In this document: positions 37,513 to 47,815 of the stretch, piece by piece
Layout: each line of letters begins with the position of its first letter
How positions within the stretch are numbered: the stretch's first letter is position 1
NCBI GenBank assembly: GCA_052139695.1
Contig: JBKQWF010000243.1
Span: 1,338 to 65,337 of the forward strand
Source: Limisphaerales bacterium
GTDB lineage: Bacteria; Verrucomicrobiota; Verrucomicrobiia; Limisphaerales; Palsa-1400
DNA: 64,000 nt
Reading direction: 5' to 3'
The notes under the pieces: model-generated
What the model was told of the DNA's origin: nothing
Databases searched by the model: none
Seen by the model: the letters and a program-made list of their open reading frames with translations, nothing else
Program-made: the position numbers and the translations under genes

Positions 37513-37926
37513 TCAGGAAGCTGCGAAAGGGTCAAGCAGAACGACTCCCGTGTGTACGACGTCGGCTGAATTCCGGGTCGCCAGCGTCAGGTCATGCACC
37601 AGCGCAGTCGCCGCCAGCAATCCGTCCACCGTGGAAAGGGGGCGAATCGCGCTCAGACGACCCCATTGATCCGCCACTGCCTGCGTGATGGGGAGGATCT
37701 GATCGCCGTAACGCCGTTCCAATCCGTTGAGCCAGTCCTCCAGCGCGCGAGCCTTGACTGGGTCTTTGCATCGTGCCTGTTCGATGCCTTTGCGGATTTC
37801 TCCGATGACCAAAACGCTCAGGAATATGGCGTCATCATCCACCGATTTAAACCAAGCCAAAACATTTGGATTGATGCGGCGGCCTTTGCGCGGCTCGCTG
37901 ACCACATGGGTGTACAGGCAAATGTA
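37513..37926 (-). pseudogene. vapC: Degenerate orphan VapC (PIN) toxin
   Basis: PIN body intact ('LSV..IGEI.KG', 'DGLLAATA..H.L.L.TRN..D'), but the N-terminal LDTNV reads LYTHV; no upstream ATG or antitoxin. Confidence 0.7.
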
Positions 37927-38006
37927 GCGGGTCCGTAGCGGGTCTGTCGCGGGTTTTGTAGCTACTTAAGTGCCTGACCATCAACGATGTAGCGGGTGTA
38001 GCGGGT
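37924..38006 (+). repeat. Iteron-like GTAGCGGGT repeats (5 copies plus a partial)
   Basis: Copies at 37924, 37935, 37946 (GTCGCGGGT), 37989, 37998; partial GTAGC at 37958. Confidence 0.8.
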
Positions 38007-38343
38007 TTTCAGACATCATGCCCTCATCACTCCACTACTTGCTTCCCTTAGCGCCCGCGCAAAATCAATTTCCGAGAATGAGGCGCAATTCAAACATGAA
38101 CGGGTGCGCCCCCGGCCCCGCGTTCCTCAGAGCCATTGGGAATTGGTCAGTGAGAATTTGTTATTTGGCATTGAAGAACCCCGGTGCGGCATGACAAAAA
38201 CTCGTGTTTTGGCGGAGCGGGGCCTGCAATGACAAATGACAAATCCTCAATATACGAATACCAATTTCCGAGGACTGACCGTCACGGTTTCCTTGTTCAA
38301 TTCCGAGGTTGGCTTTCGCCATGATTCATGAGATAATGTTGCC

Positions 38344-38580
38344 ATGCAAACTGTGACATTGTCTGAGGCGCAGAAACACCTGTTGGAACTCGTGCGGGAT
38401 TTACCCCGCGAAGGCGAATTGCTCATCACCGAAGCCAACCAACCTGTTGCCCGGCTGTCTCCCGTGACCGCGCGCGCCTCGTTGCGCCACCTGGAGCCAA
38501 AGTCCGTGGGAGCGGTGCTTCGGCCTTTTCCTTCGCCGTTGGACGACACCCTGGGTGAAATGCTTGGCCCGCGCTCATGA
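38344..38580 (+). CDS. Phd/YefM-like antitoxin
   Basis: 'MQTVTLSEAQKHL.ELV......E..IT....PVARL'; ATGA overlap with the toxin. Confidence 0.85.
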   Translation: MQTVTLSEAQKHLLELVRDLPREGELLITEANQPVARLSPVTARASLRHLEPKSVGAVLRPFPSPLDDTLGEMLGPRS

Positions 38581-39005
38581 TTGGCGCTGACACCACCTTT
38601 CTGGTTCAGCTCCAACTCATCGAGCTGCCCGCCCACAAGACCGCGCACGAACTCCTGCAACGAGAGATTCTGCAACCCCAAGTCCCGCTCGCTCTCGCGC
38701 CGCAAGTCCTCGCCGAGTTCATTCATGTCGTCACCGACCCGCGCCGTTTTCAAAACCCCCTTACGCCGGAGGAAGCGGTGTCCAAGGCCCGCTTCTGGTG
38801 GCACGCCGCGGAGGTCCAGCATGTCTTTCCAAACAGCGAGTCCACAACCCTCTTTCTTGACTGGATGCAGCGCCATCAACTTGGGCGCAAACGGATTCTC
38901 GACACGCAGCTTGCGGCCATCCTTTGGACGGCGGGCGTACGCCAGGTCCTCACCGCCAACCCCGCCGACTTCCAAATCCTCGGTTTTCAATTGCTGACAC
39001 CCTGA
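38577..39005 (+). CDS. vapC: VapC PIN-domain toxin
   Basis: 'DTTFLV', 'QVLAEF..VVTD', 'RILDTQLAA', 'T.N..DF'. Confidence 0.88.
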   Translation: MIGADTTFLVQLQLIELPAHKTAHELLQREILQPQVPLALAPQVLAEFIHVVTDPRRFQNPLTPEEAVSKARFWWHAAEVQHVFPNSESTTLFLDWMQRHQLGRKRILDTQLAAILWTAGVRQVLTANPADFQILGFQLLTP

Positions 39006-39008
39006 CTG

Positions 39009-39314
39009 GTGGACCGAGCGCCTCAGAAACGACCCCTTCCGCAGGCTGGCCTGAAAGTCGCGGCGGTGCTTGAGGAGCGTCTGCGCCGTCTCGCAACGGT
39101 AAATGCCTGCCTCCCTTCAAGGCCGCGCCCGACCATCGCCGATTTTAATACGGAGCTGTACCAGAAGAGGATTTACGACAAGGTGGTTTTCAAACAAATA
39201 GACGCGCTTACCGCCATCGGCAACGAAGCGGCTCACGGAAACCCCGTAAAGAAAGAAGATGTTCAACGTTTCCTGACGGAACTTCGCGAGCTTCTTCAAA
39301 GGTTCTCGACGTGA
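39009..39314 (+). pseudogene. HEPN/DUF4145-like C-terminal fragment
   Basis: 'AVLEERLRRLA', 'N..LY', 'IGNEAAHG' (Rx4H with R to G); N-terminus looks non-native. Confidence 0.55.
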
Positions 39315-39568
39315 ATTGGCTTCCACCCTTTTGACCGATCTGTTTGGACGCCATTGCGCTGCGTCGAAACAATGCGGGTGGAAAGATGGAAAGCCGCTCA
39401 CAAAGAGCTCGGCAAATTGAAGAAAGGGAGGATTCTGCTTGCAGTGTGGCGGCAAATTATGCGACAGGACATTTCAGGTAAATCGTTCGTACAGTCCTCA
39501 TTGACCAATTCTCAATTGAAGCGCGATCGGACCGTTTCAGGCACGCCGAAATTTTTTTGCATGGCCCC

Positions 39569-42472
39569 TTAGCGATCGCCGCAACGGAAGACCCCACCTA
39601 CAAGTCGCGGTTCTTCCATGCAAATGCTTGGCGAACCGCAATGGCGCTCTTGGTCTTTGGTTCGGTTTAGTTCAGCAGCATCACGATGACTGAGAGCGGC
39701 CAATATGGTGTCCAGAACTTGATCGAGCCGCTGGCCGGCGTCTTCCGCCAGGAATCGCAAGACAAAATATCCGTTTTGCTGTAGCAGGGCGTCTTTCCGC
39801 CGGTCCCGGCGATACCCGTCAACCTCGGCGAAATGCTGCGCGCCGTCCAACTCAATGGCCAGGCCGGCTTCCGCGCACAACAAATCCACCTCCATCTTTC
39901 CATAGCCGTCAAACGAAATGGGCAACTCCACGTTCAATCGAAAACGGCCGGTCGTGGCGCGCAAGGTTTGCAGGCGGCGGAAAAGAAACGCTTCGCTGGC
40001 GCTCCGGGCACGATCCTCTCCCTCGGCGCTGGCCGCCGGAGACCGCGCCACATGCACGAAGAGGTTCGCCAGGGGAACATCCACTCCATCGCGGATGAGC
40101 CGGCGAACGCTGGCGGCGTAATCCTGTTTCCATTCCGGATCAATCGGCAGTGGGACCTCGGCCGGCCAGCCCGGCAGGGCGCTCCCGGGCAGCAGAATGG
40201 TGTAACCGAGGGCCTCATACCCCCGGCACCGTCTGTCAAACATTCTGGAGAGCATCGGGACATCCAAGTCGGCATAATCATAGACCCGCACTTCGCGTTT
40301 GCCCTCGTGCAGACGATGAAGCCGCCCGACGTACTGCGCGATGGTCCCCCGCCAAGAAACCGGTAACGTCAAGAACAACGTGTCCAAACGAGGATCATCG
40401 AAGCCTTCCCCGATGTATCCTCCCGTGGCCAGAACGGCCCGCCCCGCGGTTTCGGGAACTTCGGCCAATCGCGCGCGAGCGGCCGTCAACACTTTCTTGC
40501 TTTGGCCTCCCTGCAGCAGGATCAAACGCGGAATTTCGGGCGACAGTAATTGGGCCAGACATTGCAAGTGTTCAATCCTCTCCGTCAGCACCAGAGGCGA
40601 CCGCCCCTCTTTCACGGCACTGACAACGTCCGCGCAAATCATCTGGTTTCGCCTCTCATTGCTCCACAAGGCCCCATACAACTTTTGAAATTCCACCCGC
40701 GGATCGGGACCGGACGGCTCGGCGTGAAATCCCGTCGGACGGACCAGGACATGATGAGCAAACGGGCGCACGGCCGCCTGGGCCTTGGCGTCCACACGAT
40801 GGCGAACCGGGCCGCACTGCATGAAGATAATAGGGTGATGCCCGTCTTTGCGAGCCACCGTGGCGGACAAGCCGGTGATATACTTCGCCTTGGCGCGGCG
40901 GACGGCCAATTCAAAACTGCGCGCGGAAATGTGGTGGCACTCATCCACAACGAGGTGGCCATAATTGGCCACGCGATCATCCACCGTCTCTTTCCGAACA
41001 AGGCTTTGCACTAACGCCACGTCCAGGACGCCCGTCAATTTTTTGCGCCCGCCTCCCAATCTGCCAATCGTCTTGGCCGGGAGGTTCAGAAACGAAGACA
41101 AGCGCTCGATCCATTGTTCGAGGAGTTGCTGACGGTGAACTAAAATCAGCGTGTTGACGCCCCGTCGCGCGACGAGCCAGGCCGCCACCACCGTTTTGCC
41201 GAAGGCCGTGGTGGCGGCCAGCACACCCGTGTCGAACGCGAGCAGCGCCTCAGCGGCGGCTTGCTGATCGGGCCGCAATGCCCCATGAAATGCGACCTTC
41301 AAGGGCACGCCGCGGCAGCGCTCATCGCGGAGAACCGGTTTGATTTTGAGCGCCGTGAGCGTTTCCATCACATCGTCCAGGCACCCTCGCGGCAGGGCGA
41401 AATGCCGCGGGTGGTCCTCGGCGCAAGAAACAATTCTTGGCTTGTCATAAGTCGGCAGGCGCATGGCTTGCGCGCGATAGAATTCGGGATTTTGAAACGC
41501 GGCCAGGCGCAATAACCGGTTGCGCAGCCCGGGCCCAAGGTTCTCTTTGGCGATATAGATTTGGTCTCCGAGGATGATTTCGATCGTGTCCGGCAACGGT
41601 CCTGGAAGGGGTGGTTCTCTTCGGCGGCGCGACGGAGGGGCCGTCCACGGATTGTCATCATCCTCATCCGCCAGAGCCATGCGCACCCCCATAATCCGTC
41701 CCTTGGATTCCGCGGCGCGCGCCAGGGACTCGGCTTGCGCCCGGCTTATTCGCCGCGCTGACGCCAGGAAAGCCCATTGATCGGCGTGCGGAACAAAACT
41801 GTCGTCAAGAAAAACAGTGTTGCCGCGCTGACGGGTCCGTTTCTGGAGGGGCAGCGCGATGAGGTTTCCGAATCCGCCTTTGGGCAGCGTGTCCTGATTG
41901 GGAAACAGCCGGTCGTAGGAATCGAAACCAATTTCCGGACGCAACTCCATCGTCTCGGTGAGCACGAGCGAACCCAGTTTGCGCGCCAGGACGGCAGGAA
42001 TGGCTTCCGCAAAGAAAAACCACACATGGCCGCCATTGCCGGATCGCGAACGTTCCAGGATGGCGGGCACTTCAAGCCGCCGGCACGTCTCGAGAAACGC
42101 CGCCGCATCCCGGGTCCAATCTTCGCCGTCGAAATCCACCGCCAGAAAGAAACAGGTCTCATCCAGCAACATGGCATAGACGCCCATGACGAAATCCAGG
42201 CCCCGGTCATCCCGGCCCGAGAGATGCCAGCCAATGACTTCGTCCGTGATCGGATAAAATCGGCGATGAGGGCAGTCCGTGCATTTGATTCGCGGCTTTT
42301 CGCAGGTGCCGCGGACCCATTCATTGGCGCAGGCGGGCGCGTAGCCGGATTTCCCGCTCTTGCGGCTCTCGAAACGGCGGGGATAAACATCTTCTCTGCC
42401 TCGAAAAAGGGACCGAAACAGTTTTATCTTGGCGGCGGGCGGAGAGAGGTTTGTTACCGTGCCCGTTTCCAT
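39569..42472 (-). CDS. AEP primase-like domain (TOTE-type) + SF2 helicase (ResIII-like) + DUF559 endonuclease fusion
   Basis: 'LF.GR.DVY', 'FLAVDFD', 'RSRSGNGGHVW', 'GNLIALPLQ'; 'TAFGKT', 'DECHH', 'SAT', 'QYVGRLHR'; 'IELDG..H......RD..KD..L...G..VLRF'. GAGGAG RBS before ATG 42472. Confidence 0.85.
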   Translation of the reverse strand: METGTVTNLSPPAAKIKLFRSLFRGREDVYPRRFESRKSGKSGYAPACANEWVRGTCEKPRIKCTDCPHRRFYPITDEVIGWHLSGRDDRGLDFVMGVYAMLLDETCFFLAVDFDGEDWTRDAAAFLETCRRLEVPAILERSRSGNGGHVWFFFAEAIPAVLARKLGSLVLTETMELRPEIGFDSYDRLFPNQDTLPKGGFGNLIALPLQKRTRQRGNTVFLDDSFVPHADQWAFLASARRISRAQAESLARAAESKGRIMGVRMALADEDDDNPWTAPPSRRRREPPLPGPLPDTIEIILGDQIYIAKENLGPGLRNRLLRLAAFQNPEFYRAQAMRLPTYDKPRIVSCAEDHPRHFALPRGCLDDVMETLTALKIKPVLRDERCRGVPLKVAFHGALRPDQQAAAEALLAFDTGVLAATTAFGKTVVAAWLVARRGVNTLILVHRQQLLEQWIERLSSFLNLPAKTIGRLGGGRKKLTGVLDVALVQSLVRKETVDDRVANYGHLVVDECHHISARSFELAVRRAKAKYITGLSATVARKDGHHPIIFMQCGPVRHRVDAKAQAAVRPFAHHVLVRPTGFHAEPSGPDPRVEFQKLYGALWSNERRNQMICADVVSAVKEGRSPLVLTERIEHLQCLAQLLSPEIPRLILLQGGQSKKVLTAARARLAEVPETAGRAVLATGGYIGEGFDDPRLDTLFLTLPVSWRGTIAQYVGRLHRLHEGKREVRVYDYADLDVPMLSRMFDRRCRGYEALGYTILLPGSALPGWPAEVPLPIDPEWKQDYAASVRRLIRDGVDVPLANLFVHVARSPAASAEGEDRARSASEAFLFRRLQTLRATTGRFRLNVELPISFDGYGKMEVDLLCAEAGLAIELDGAQHFAEVDGYRRDRRKDALLQQNGYFVLRFLAEDAGQRLDQVLDTILAALSHRDAAELNRTKDQERHCGSPSICMEEPRLVGGVFRCGDR

Positions 42473-42479
42473 GCACTCC

Positions 42480-42902
42480 TCACGCGGCGCGGACAAGCTG
42501 CTCAAGCAACTGGCGGATTTCCGGACCAATTCGTTTCAGTTGTTGACGGTGGACCGAGGCGATCTTCTCCACCACCGTCTCGCCGCGGTCGGTAACTTGA
42601 ATGAGAACCTGGCGATGATCTTTGGCGGACGGCACGCGCACGGCCAGTTTTTCCGCCGCCAACCGGTCAACCAACCCAACCGCGCTGTGATGACGAAGCT
42701 GCAATCGTTCCGCCAACTCCCCCACGGTGACGCTGTCGCGCCCAGGAAAACCCTTGATGGCCAGCAAGGCCTGATACTGCTGCGCCGTGACGCCGGCGGC
42801 CTGCGCGGCTTCCTCGCTAAAACGGATGAAGCGGCGGAGGGCGTAACGAAACGCGGCCAGCGTTTCGTACTGCGATTTGCTGAGTTGACTGGGTCTCGCC
42901 AT
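42480..42902 (-). CDS. MarR-family regulator
   Basis: 'LAAFRYALRRF..FSE..A', 'QQYQALLAI', 'GELAERLQ..HHSAVGLVDRL'. Confidence 0.92.
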   Translation of the reverse strand: MARPSQLSKSQYETLAAFRYALRRFIRFSEEAAQAAGVTAQQYQALLAIKGFPGRDSVTVGELAERLQLRHHSAVGLVDRLAAEKLAVRVPSAKDHRQVLIQVTDRGETVVEKIASVHRQQLKRIGPEIRQLLEQLVRAA

Positions 42903-42946
42903 CCAATCGCCAGTCTAACCATTGGGCGGGCAAAGCCAATCCCCGT

Positions 42947-42973
42947 TTGACATATATCTTGCCGCGATATAAT
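42947..42973 (+). promoter_or_regulatory. Consensus sigma70 promoter overlapped by a palindromic operator
   Basis: TTGACA (42947-52), 15 nt, TATAAT (42968-73); inverted repeat TATATC-N7-GATATA (42953-71). Confidence 0.75.
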
Positions 42974-42986
42974 GTGCGGTTGCTGG

Positions 42987-44789
42987 ATGCAAACTCAACC
43001 AGTTATTCCTTCGGTCTTTGCCGGCAAAGCGGCCCGCCCCGCCGCGGCCCGGGAGGATGAATTGGCGGATTTTAGCACGGACCGCCGCGTCCTCCTCTTG
43101 TCCGCCATGGCGCTGGTCGTCGGCGCCATCGGCTCTCTTGTCGCCTCTGCTTTGCTTTGGTTGATTGCCGCCATCACGAACCTGGCTTTTTATCAGCGCT
43201 GGACCGCGGGCCCGGCGGTGCCGCAAGGCAATCATCTGGGATTATGGGTCGTGCTGGTGCCGGTGGCGGGAGCGCTGATCATCGGGCTGATGGCGCGGTT
43301 CGGTTCCGAGAAGATTCGCGGGCACGGCATTCCCGAAGCGCTGGAAGCCATTCTGCTGGGCCGCAGCCGTATTGACCTGAGGGTGGCGCTTCTCAAACCG
43401 CTTTCCGCCGCCATTTCCATTGGCACCGGCGGACCTTTCGGCGCGGAGGGACCGATCATTATGACGGGCGGGGCCTTCGGCTCCCTCTTCGCGCAACAAT
43501 TCCACCTGAGCGCGGCCGAGCGCAAGACGTTGCTGGTGGCCGGCGCGGCGGCGGGCATGTCCGCCGTCTTCGCCACCCCTGTGGCGGCGGTCTTGCTGGC
43601 CGTGGAACTGTTGTTGTTCGAATGGAAGCCGCGCAGCTTTATTCCCGTGGCGGTGAGTTCGATTATCGCCTCGGTTCTGCGCGTGCCTTTGCTCGGCGCC
43701 GGACCGATCTTCCCCGTCGCGCTTCATGCGCCAGTTTCCGGCACGGAGTTGGCGATCGCGGCCTGGCTTGGCGTGCTGGCGGGGTTTGCTTCCGGCCTGT
43801 TAACCCTGCTCGTTTATGCCTGCGAAGATGCTTTCCAAAAGCTGCCCTGGCACTGGATGTGGTGGCCGGCCATTGGCGCGGTCTTCATCGGCGTGGGCGG
43901 CGTGATGGAACCGCGCGTCCTCGGCGTTGGCTACAATACCATCCATAGTCTGCTGCGGGGCGAGTTGGTCGGGGCGGTAGTCATTGCCTTGCTCGTGGCC
44001 AAGGCGCTGGTCTGGGCGATCGCCCTGGGCTCCGGCACTTCCGGCGGAGTGCTGGCGCCTTTGCTCATCATGGGCGGAGCGCTCGGGGCCTTCGTCGGTT
44101 CGTGGATTCCGGTCGGCGATCCGGGGCTTTGGGCGTTGATCGGCATGGCGGCGATGATGGGCGGCACGATGCGATCGCCTTTGACGGCGATGGTTTTCGC
44201 CGTGGAATTGACGCGCGACTTCAATCTTTTCCCCGCGTTGCTGATCGGGTCCGTGGCGGCGCTAGGCGTCACGGTGCTGATCATGCGCCGTTCGATCCTG
44301 ACCGAAAAGCTCGCCCGCCGTGGCCATCACATCACGCGCGAATACGCCATTGACCCGTTTGAACTCGCGCGAGTGCGCGATGTGATGGACGAGGAGGTGC
44401 CGAGCGTCCCGGCGACGATGAAGCTTAAAGAACTTTCGGACCTCATCACGGGCGGGAATTCAGACCTGAGCCGGCGGCAAGGAACTTTGATTATGGACGA
44501 GCAAAACAGGCTCGCGGGCATTATCACACGGGGCGATATTTTCCGGGCGATACGACAAAAGAAGAGAGAAGAAATGACTGTGGCCGAAGCCGGCAGCACG
44601 GATCTCGTGGTCGCCTTTCCGGATGAACCGTTGTACGCCGCCCTGACAAAAATGCTCGACCGCGACGTTGGCCGGTTGCCGGTGGTGGAGCGCCATGACC
44701 CCAGGCAGGTGGTCGGCTACCTCGGACGCGCCGCCATTCTTTCGGCGCGGAGGAAAATTCATGAGGAGGAAACCATTCGACAGCGATGA
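42987..44789 (+). CDS. CLC-family chloride channel/transporter with CBS domains
   Basis: 'GHGIPE', 'GAEGP', 'F.TP.A....A.E', 'GTSGGVLAP'; C-terminal CBS pair. Confidence 0.92.
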   Translation: MQTQPVIPSVFAGKAARPAAAREDELADFSTDRRVLLLSAMALVVGAIGSLVASALLWLIAAITNLAFYQRWTAGPAVPQGNHLGLWVVLVPVAGALIIGLMARFGSEKIRGHGIPEALEAILLGRSRIDLRVALLKPLSAAISIGTGGPFGAEGPIIMTGGAFGSLFAQQFHLSAAERKTLLVAGAAAGMSAVFATPVAAVLLAVELLLFEWKPRSFIPVAVSSIIASVLRVPLLGAGPIFPVALHAPVSGTELAIAAWLGVLAGFASGLLTLLVYACEDAFQKLPWHWMWWPAIGAVFIGVGGVMEPRVLGVGYNTIHSLLRGELVGAVVIALLVAKALVWAIALGSGTSGGVLAPLLIMGGALGAFVGSWIPVGDPGLWALIGMAAMMGGTMRSPLTAMVFAVELTRDFNLFPALLIGSVAALGVTVLIMRRSILTEKLARRGHHITREYAIDPFELARVRDVMDEEVPSVPATMKLKELSDLITGGNSDLSRRQGTLIMDEQNRLAGIITRGDIFRAIRQKKREEMTVAEAGSTDLVVAFPDEPLYAALTKMLDRDVGRLPVVERHDPRQVVGYLGRAAILSARRKIHEEETIRQR

Positions 44790-44981
44790 TCGTCTTGCAG
44801 CGTTGGAGATTAAAACTTCACTCCGGCGCTGAGGGCGACCAGGTCGCGGGCAAAGTCACGGTTGTCTGCATTGCCCCGCTGCGCCGAGGTTTCCGCGCCG
44901 AACTGCCACAAGGCACAAATCGCCAGGGGGCACGAAATCCAGTGTGGCTTGCGATGGCAATCGCGCGTAGAGTGCGGCGTG

Positions 44982-46493
44982 ATGCCAGGTCTTATTGCTA
45001 TTGTCGGCCGGCCCAATGTCGGAAAGTCCGCGCTCTTTAACCGGATCGCCGGCAAACGTATCGCCATCGTCCATAACGAACCGGGAGTGACCCGCGACCG
45101 CGTCACCTCCGAGGTGGAGTGGAACGGGCGCCCCTTTACGCTCGTCGATACGGGCGGGATCGGACTGTTGCGCGGGGAAAAGGCCAGTGACGTCATCGCC
45201 GAGGCGGCCTTTGCCCAGGTGCAACTGGCCATCGAAGCGGCGGACGTTATCATTCTGGTGGTCAATGTGCGCGAGGGGGTTGTGCCGCTGGACCGGGAGG
45301 TGGCCCAGCGGCTGCGGCGCGCCGGCAAGAACGCCCTCATCGCTGTCAACAAAGCGGACAATGAGGCGGAAAACGCCGGTGCGGACGAGTTTTCCGAGCT
45401 GGGGTTTCCGGGCATTTTTCCGGTCAGTGCCATCCACCAACGCGGCATCGACGCGCTCATGACCGCGGCCCTGGCCGGTTTGCCCGCCGCGATCGCGGGA
45501 GAGACTCCGCCGGAGTCCGATGCCGAACCGCCGCTGAAATTGGCCGTTGTCGGCCGGCCCAATGTCGGCAAATCCTCCCTCATCAACGCCCTGACGCATT
45601 CCGAGCGAGTCATTGTCACCCCCATTCCCGGCACCACGCGGGACGCGGTGGATGTGCCGTTTGAAGTCGAGACCGGCGGGGTGCGGCAAAAATATACTCT
45701 CATTGACACAGCGGGCGTCCGCCAGGAAAAGCGGGTGCGGGATTCAGTCGAATTCTTCAGCGTCAAACGCACGGAGGATTCCATCGCGCGTTGCGACATT
45801 GTCATTTTCGTCCTGGACGCGGAGGCGGGCGTTTTCGCGCAGGACAAAAAGGTGGCCGACAAGATCATTGAAGAGCGCAAGGCCTGCGTGGTGGTGATCA
45901 ATAAATGGGATTTGGTGGCCTCGGGAGTGGAGAGAGGCCGCAGAGTATTAAACCAGCGGGAGGAAAAGCGGCGCGAAGGCCAGACGAGCCCCCTGACCTC
46001 GCTGGCCGACTTCGGCAACTGGGTGCGGGAACAGTTGTTCTTCCTGGATTATGCCCCGGTCATTTTCACCTCGGCGAAATCCGGCTTTCATTTGGAACAA
46101 CTGCTGGAATCGATCCGCTATGTCGCCGCGCAATTGCGCCAGAAGGTGCCGACGGCCATTTTGAACCGCACTTTGAACGACGCCATCGCGCAACGGCAGC
46201 CCGTGAGTTCGGCCGGCCATCGCTTGAAGTTTTTTTACGCGACGCAAATCAAGCAGTCGCCGCCCATCTTCCTGCTCTTCGTCAACCGGGCCGATCTGTT
46301 TTCCGAGCAGTACAAAAAGTATCTGTCAAACCAAATGCGGAAAGCTTTCGGTTACGAAGGCTGCCCGCTGGTGCTGGCCGCGCGGAGCCGTGAGAAGACG
46401 ATCACCCCCATCCGCAAACACCATCCGCGCAACACCCGCGAGAAGGGAAAACCACGGCGATTTGCCCGCCGTTCAATTCGGGAAAAGATCTAA
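44982..46493 (+). CDS. der: Ribosome biogenesis GTPase Der/EngA
   Basis: Two 'GRPNVGKS' P-loops; DTGG/DTAG; NKAD/NKWD; KH-like C-terminus. Confidence 0.97.
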   Translation: MPGLIAIVGRPNVGKSALFNRIAGKRIAIVHNEPGVTRDRVTSEVEWNGRPFTLVDTGGIGLLRGEKASDVIAEAAFAQVQLAIEAADVIILVVNVREGVVPLDREVAQRLRRAGKNALIAVNKADNEAENAGADEFSELGFPGIFPVSAIHQRGIDALMTAALAGLPAAIAGETPPESDAEPPLKLAVVGRPNVGKSSLINALTHSERVIVTPIPGTTRDAVDVPFEVETGGVRQKYTLIDTAGVRQEKRVRDSVEFFSVKRTEDSIARCDIVIFVLDAEAGVFAQDKKVADKIIEERKACVVVINKWDLVASGVERGRRVLNQREEKRREGQTSPLTSLADFGNWVREQLFFLDYAPVIFTSAKSGFHLEQLLESIRYVAAQLRQKVPTAILNRTLNDAIAQRQPVSSAGHRLKFFYATQIKQSPPIFLLFVNRADLFSEQYKKYLSNQMRKAFGYEGCPLVLAARSREKTITPIRKHHPRNTREKGKPRRFARRSIREKI

Positions 46494-46510
46494 AAGTGCG
46501 AGAGAGCAAC

Positions 46511-47290
46511 ATGCCAGTGGCCCTGACGATTGCCGGGTCGGACAGCGGCGGCGAGGCGGGCATCCAAGCGGATTTGAAGACCTTTGTTTTGCTGAAGGTG
46601 CATGGGGCCAGCGCCATCACCTGCGTGACGGCGCAGAACCGCCAAACCGTGTCGCGGATGGAACCATGCTCCCCAGCGCTGGTGCGGGCGCAAATCGAAG
46701 CGGCCGCCGGCTCCATGCCGCTGGCGGCGGCCAAGACGGGAATGCTCTATTCGGCCGCAATTGTGGCGGAAGTGGCTTCTTTTTTTAAACAAGCGCCGTC
46801 CCTGCCGCTGGTGGTGGACCCGGTCATGGTGTCCACCAGCGGGCGGAGGCTGCTGCAAGCAGGCGGTTTATCGGTCCTGCGGCGTGATTTGCTGCCACTG
46901 GCCATGCTGGTGACGCCCAATGTGGCCGAAGCGGAGATTTTGCTCGGAAGAAGAATCGCCACCGTGGAGGATTTGCGGGCCGCGGCTTGCGCCATTTTCC
47001 GGCGTTACGGCTGCGCGGCGCTGGCCAAAGGGGGGCATTTGCGTGGGACGAACGAGGCGGTGGATTTTCTTTACAGCAGCCGGGGAGAATGGCTGTTGAC
47101 GACGCCGCGCCTCCCGGGAGGCGGCTGGCATGGCACCGGATGCACCTATTCGGCGGCGATCACGGCCTGGCTGGCGCGCGGTTGCTCCTTGGAGAAGGCG
47201 GTGGACCGGGCTAAAAACCATATCGCACGGTCCATTTACGGTTCGCGGGAAACGCCAACCGAAGCTTGCGATTTGCGGAGCAGTGTCTAG
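46511..47290 (+). CDS. thiD: Hydroxymethylpyrimidine/phosphomethylpyrimidine kinase
   Basis: 'TIAGSDSGGEAGIQADLKT', 'KTGML', 'VDPVM', 'TPN..EA', 'KGGH', 'HGTGCT'. Confidence 0.95.
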   Translation: MPVALTIAGSDSGGEAGIQADLKTFVLLKVHGASAITCVTAQNRQTVSRMEPCSPALVRAQIEAAAGSMPLAAAKTGMLYSAAIVAEVASFFKQAPSLPLVVDPVMVSTSGRRLLQAGGLSVLRRDLLPLAMLVTPNVAEAEILLGRRIATVEDLRAAACAIFRRYGCAALAKGGHLRGTNEAVDFLYSSRGEWLLTTPRLPGGGWHGTGCTYSAAITAWLARGCSLEKAVDRAKNHIARSIYGSRETPTEACDLRSSV

Positions 47291-47309
47291 TGTAGGCGGC
47301 AGGTATGGT

Positions 47310-47810
47310 ATGTTGACATCACACGAGTTGTTTGGATTTATGTCCCCAGCCCTGGCCGTGCGCATCATTGAATTCGCGCATGACAACAACAAGGAACTTT
47401 ACCGCGGCGCCCTGGCGGCGGTAGCGGAGTCCCGAAAACTGCGGCCAGCGTTTCTGGAGCGCAGCCCGCGCGCCACGCGCCACGCCGGCATGGCGGAAGT
47501 GCTGGCGAAGCCCCGGCTGGAACTGGTTTCAGCCAACCTCTTGCGCGAATGGCTGATGAAGGGGAAAACCGCGATGCTGGCCGATTTTCTCGATGCCTTG
47601 GGGATCGCCCACAAAGACGGCGCGGTGGAGGATCTCCCGGCCAGCGTGGAAGACGAAAAACTCCGCGGCGCGGTGGAGAAGCTTTTGGCCAAATATCCGC
47701 CGGAAGAAGCCGCGATCTATTTGAACGCCTTCTACACCATGAATGACGTGCGCTGGCCGAACCTGGAGGCCCTCTTAAAAACCGAGGCGCGCCTGCAATT
47801 CGGCGGATAG
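47310..47810 (+). CDS. Hypothetical protein
   Basis: Operonic position, strong codon bias; 'ML..FLD.LGI.H..G.V..LP'. Confidence 0.75.
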   Translation: MLTSHELFGFMSPALAVRIIEFAHDNNKELYRGALAAVAESRKLRPAFLERSPRATRHAGMAEVLAKPRLELVSANLLREWLMKGKTAMLADFLDALGIAHKDGAVEDLPASVEDEKLRGAVEKLLAKYPPEEAAIYLNAFYTMNDVRWPNLEALLKTEARLQFGG

Positions 47811-47815
47811 TTTAT

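Larger units (their letters stand above)
38250..39494. mobile_element. Putative 1.25-kb non-autonomous insertion carrying a TA pair and a HEPN-like fragment
   Basis: Flanked by TCCTCA direct repeats (38244-49, 39495-500); interrupts one arm of a 40-bp inverted repeat. Confidence 0.6.

Noticed and set aside
37924-38006. CRISPR array
   Set aside because: 9-bp units with 0-2 nt gaps; no spacers and no cas genes
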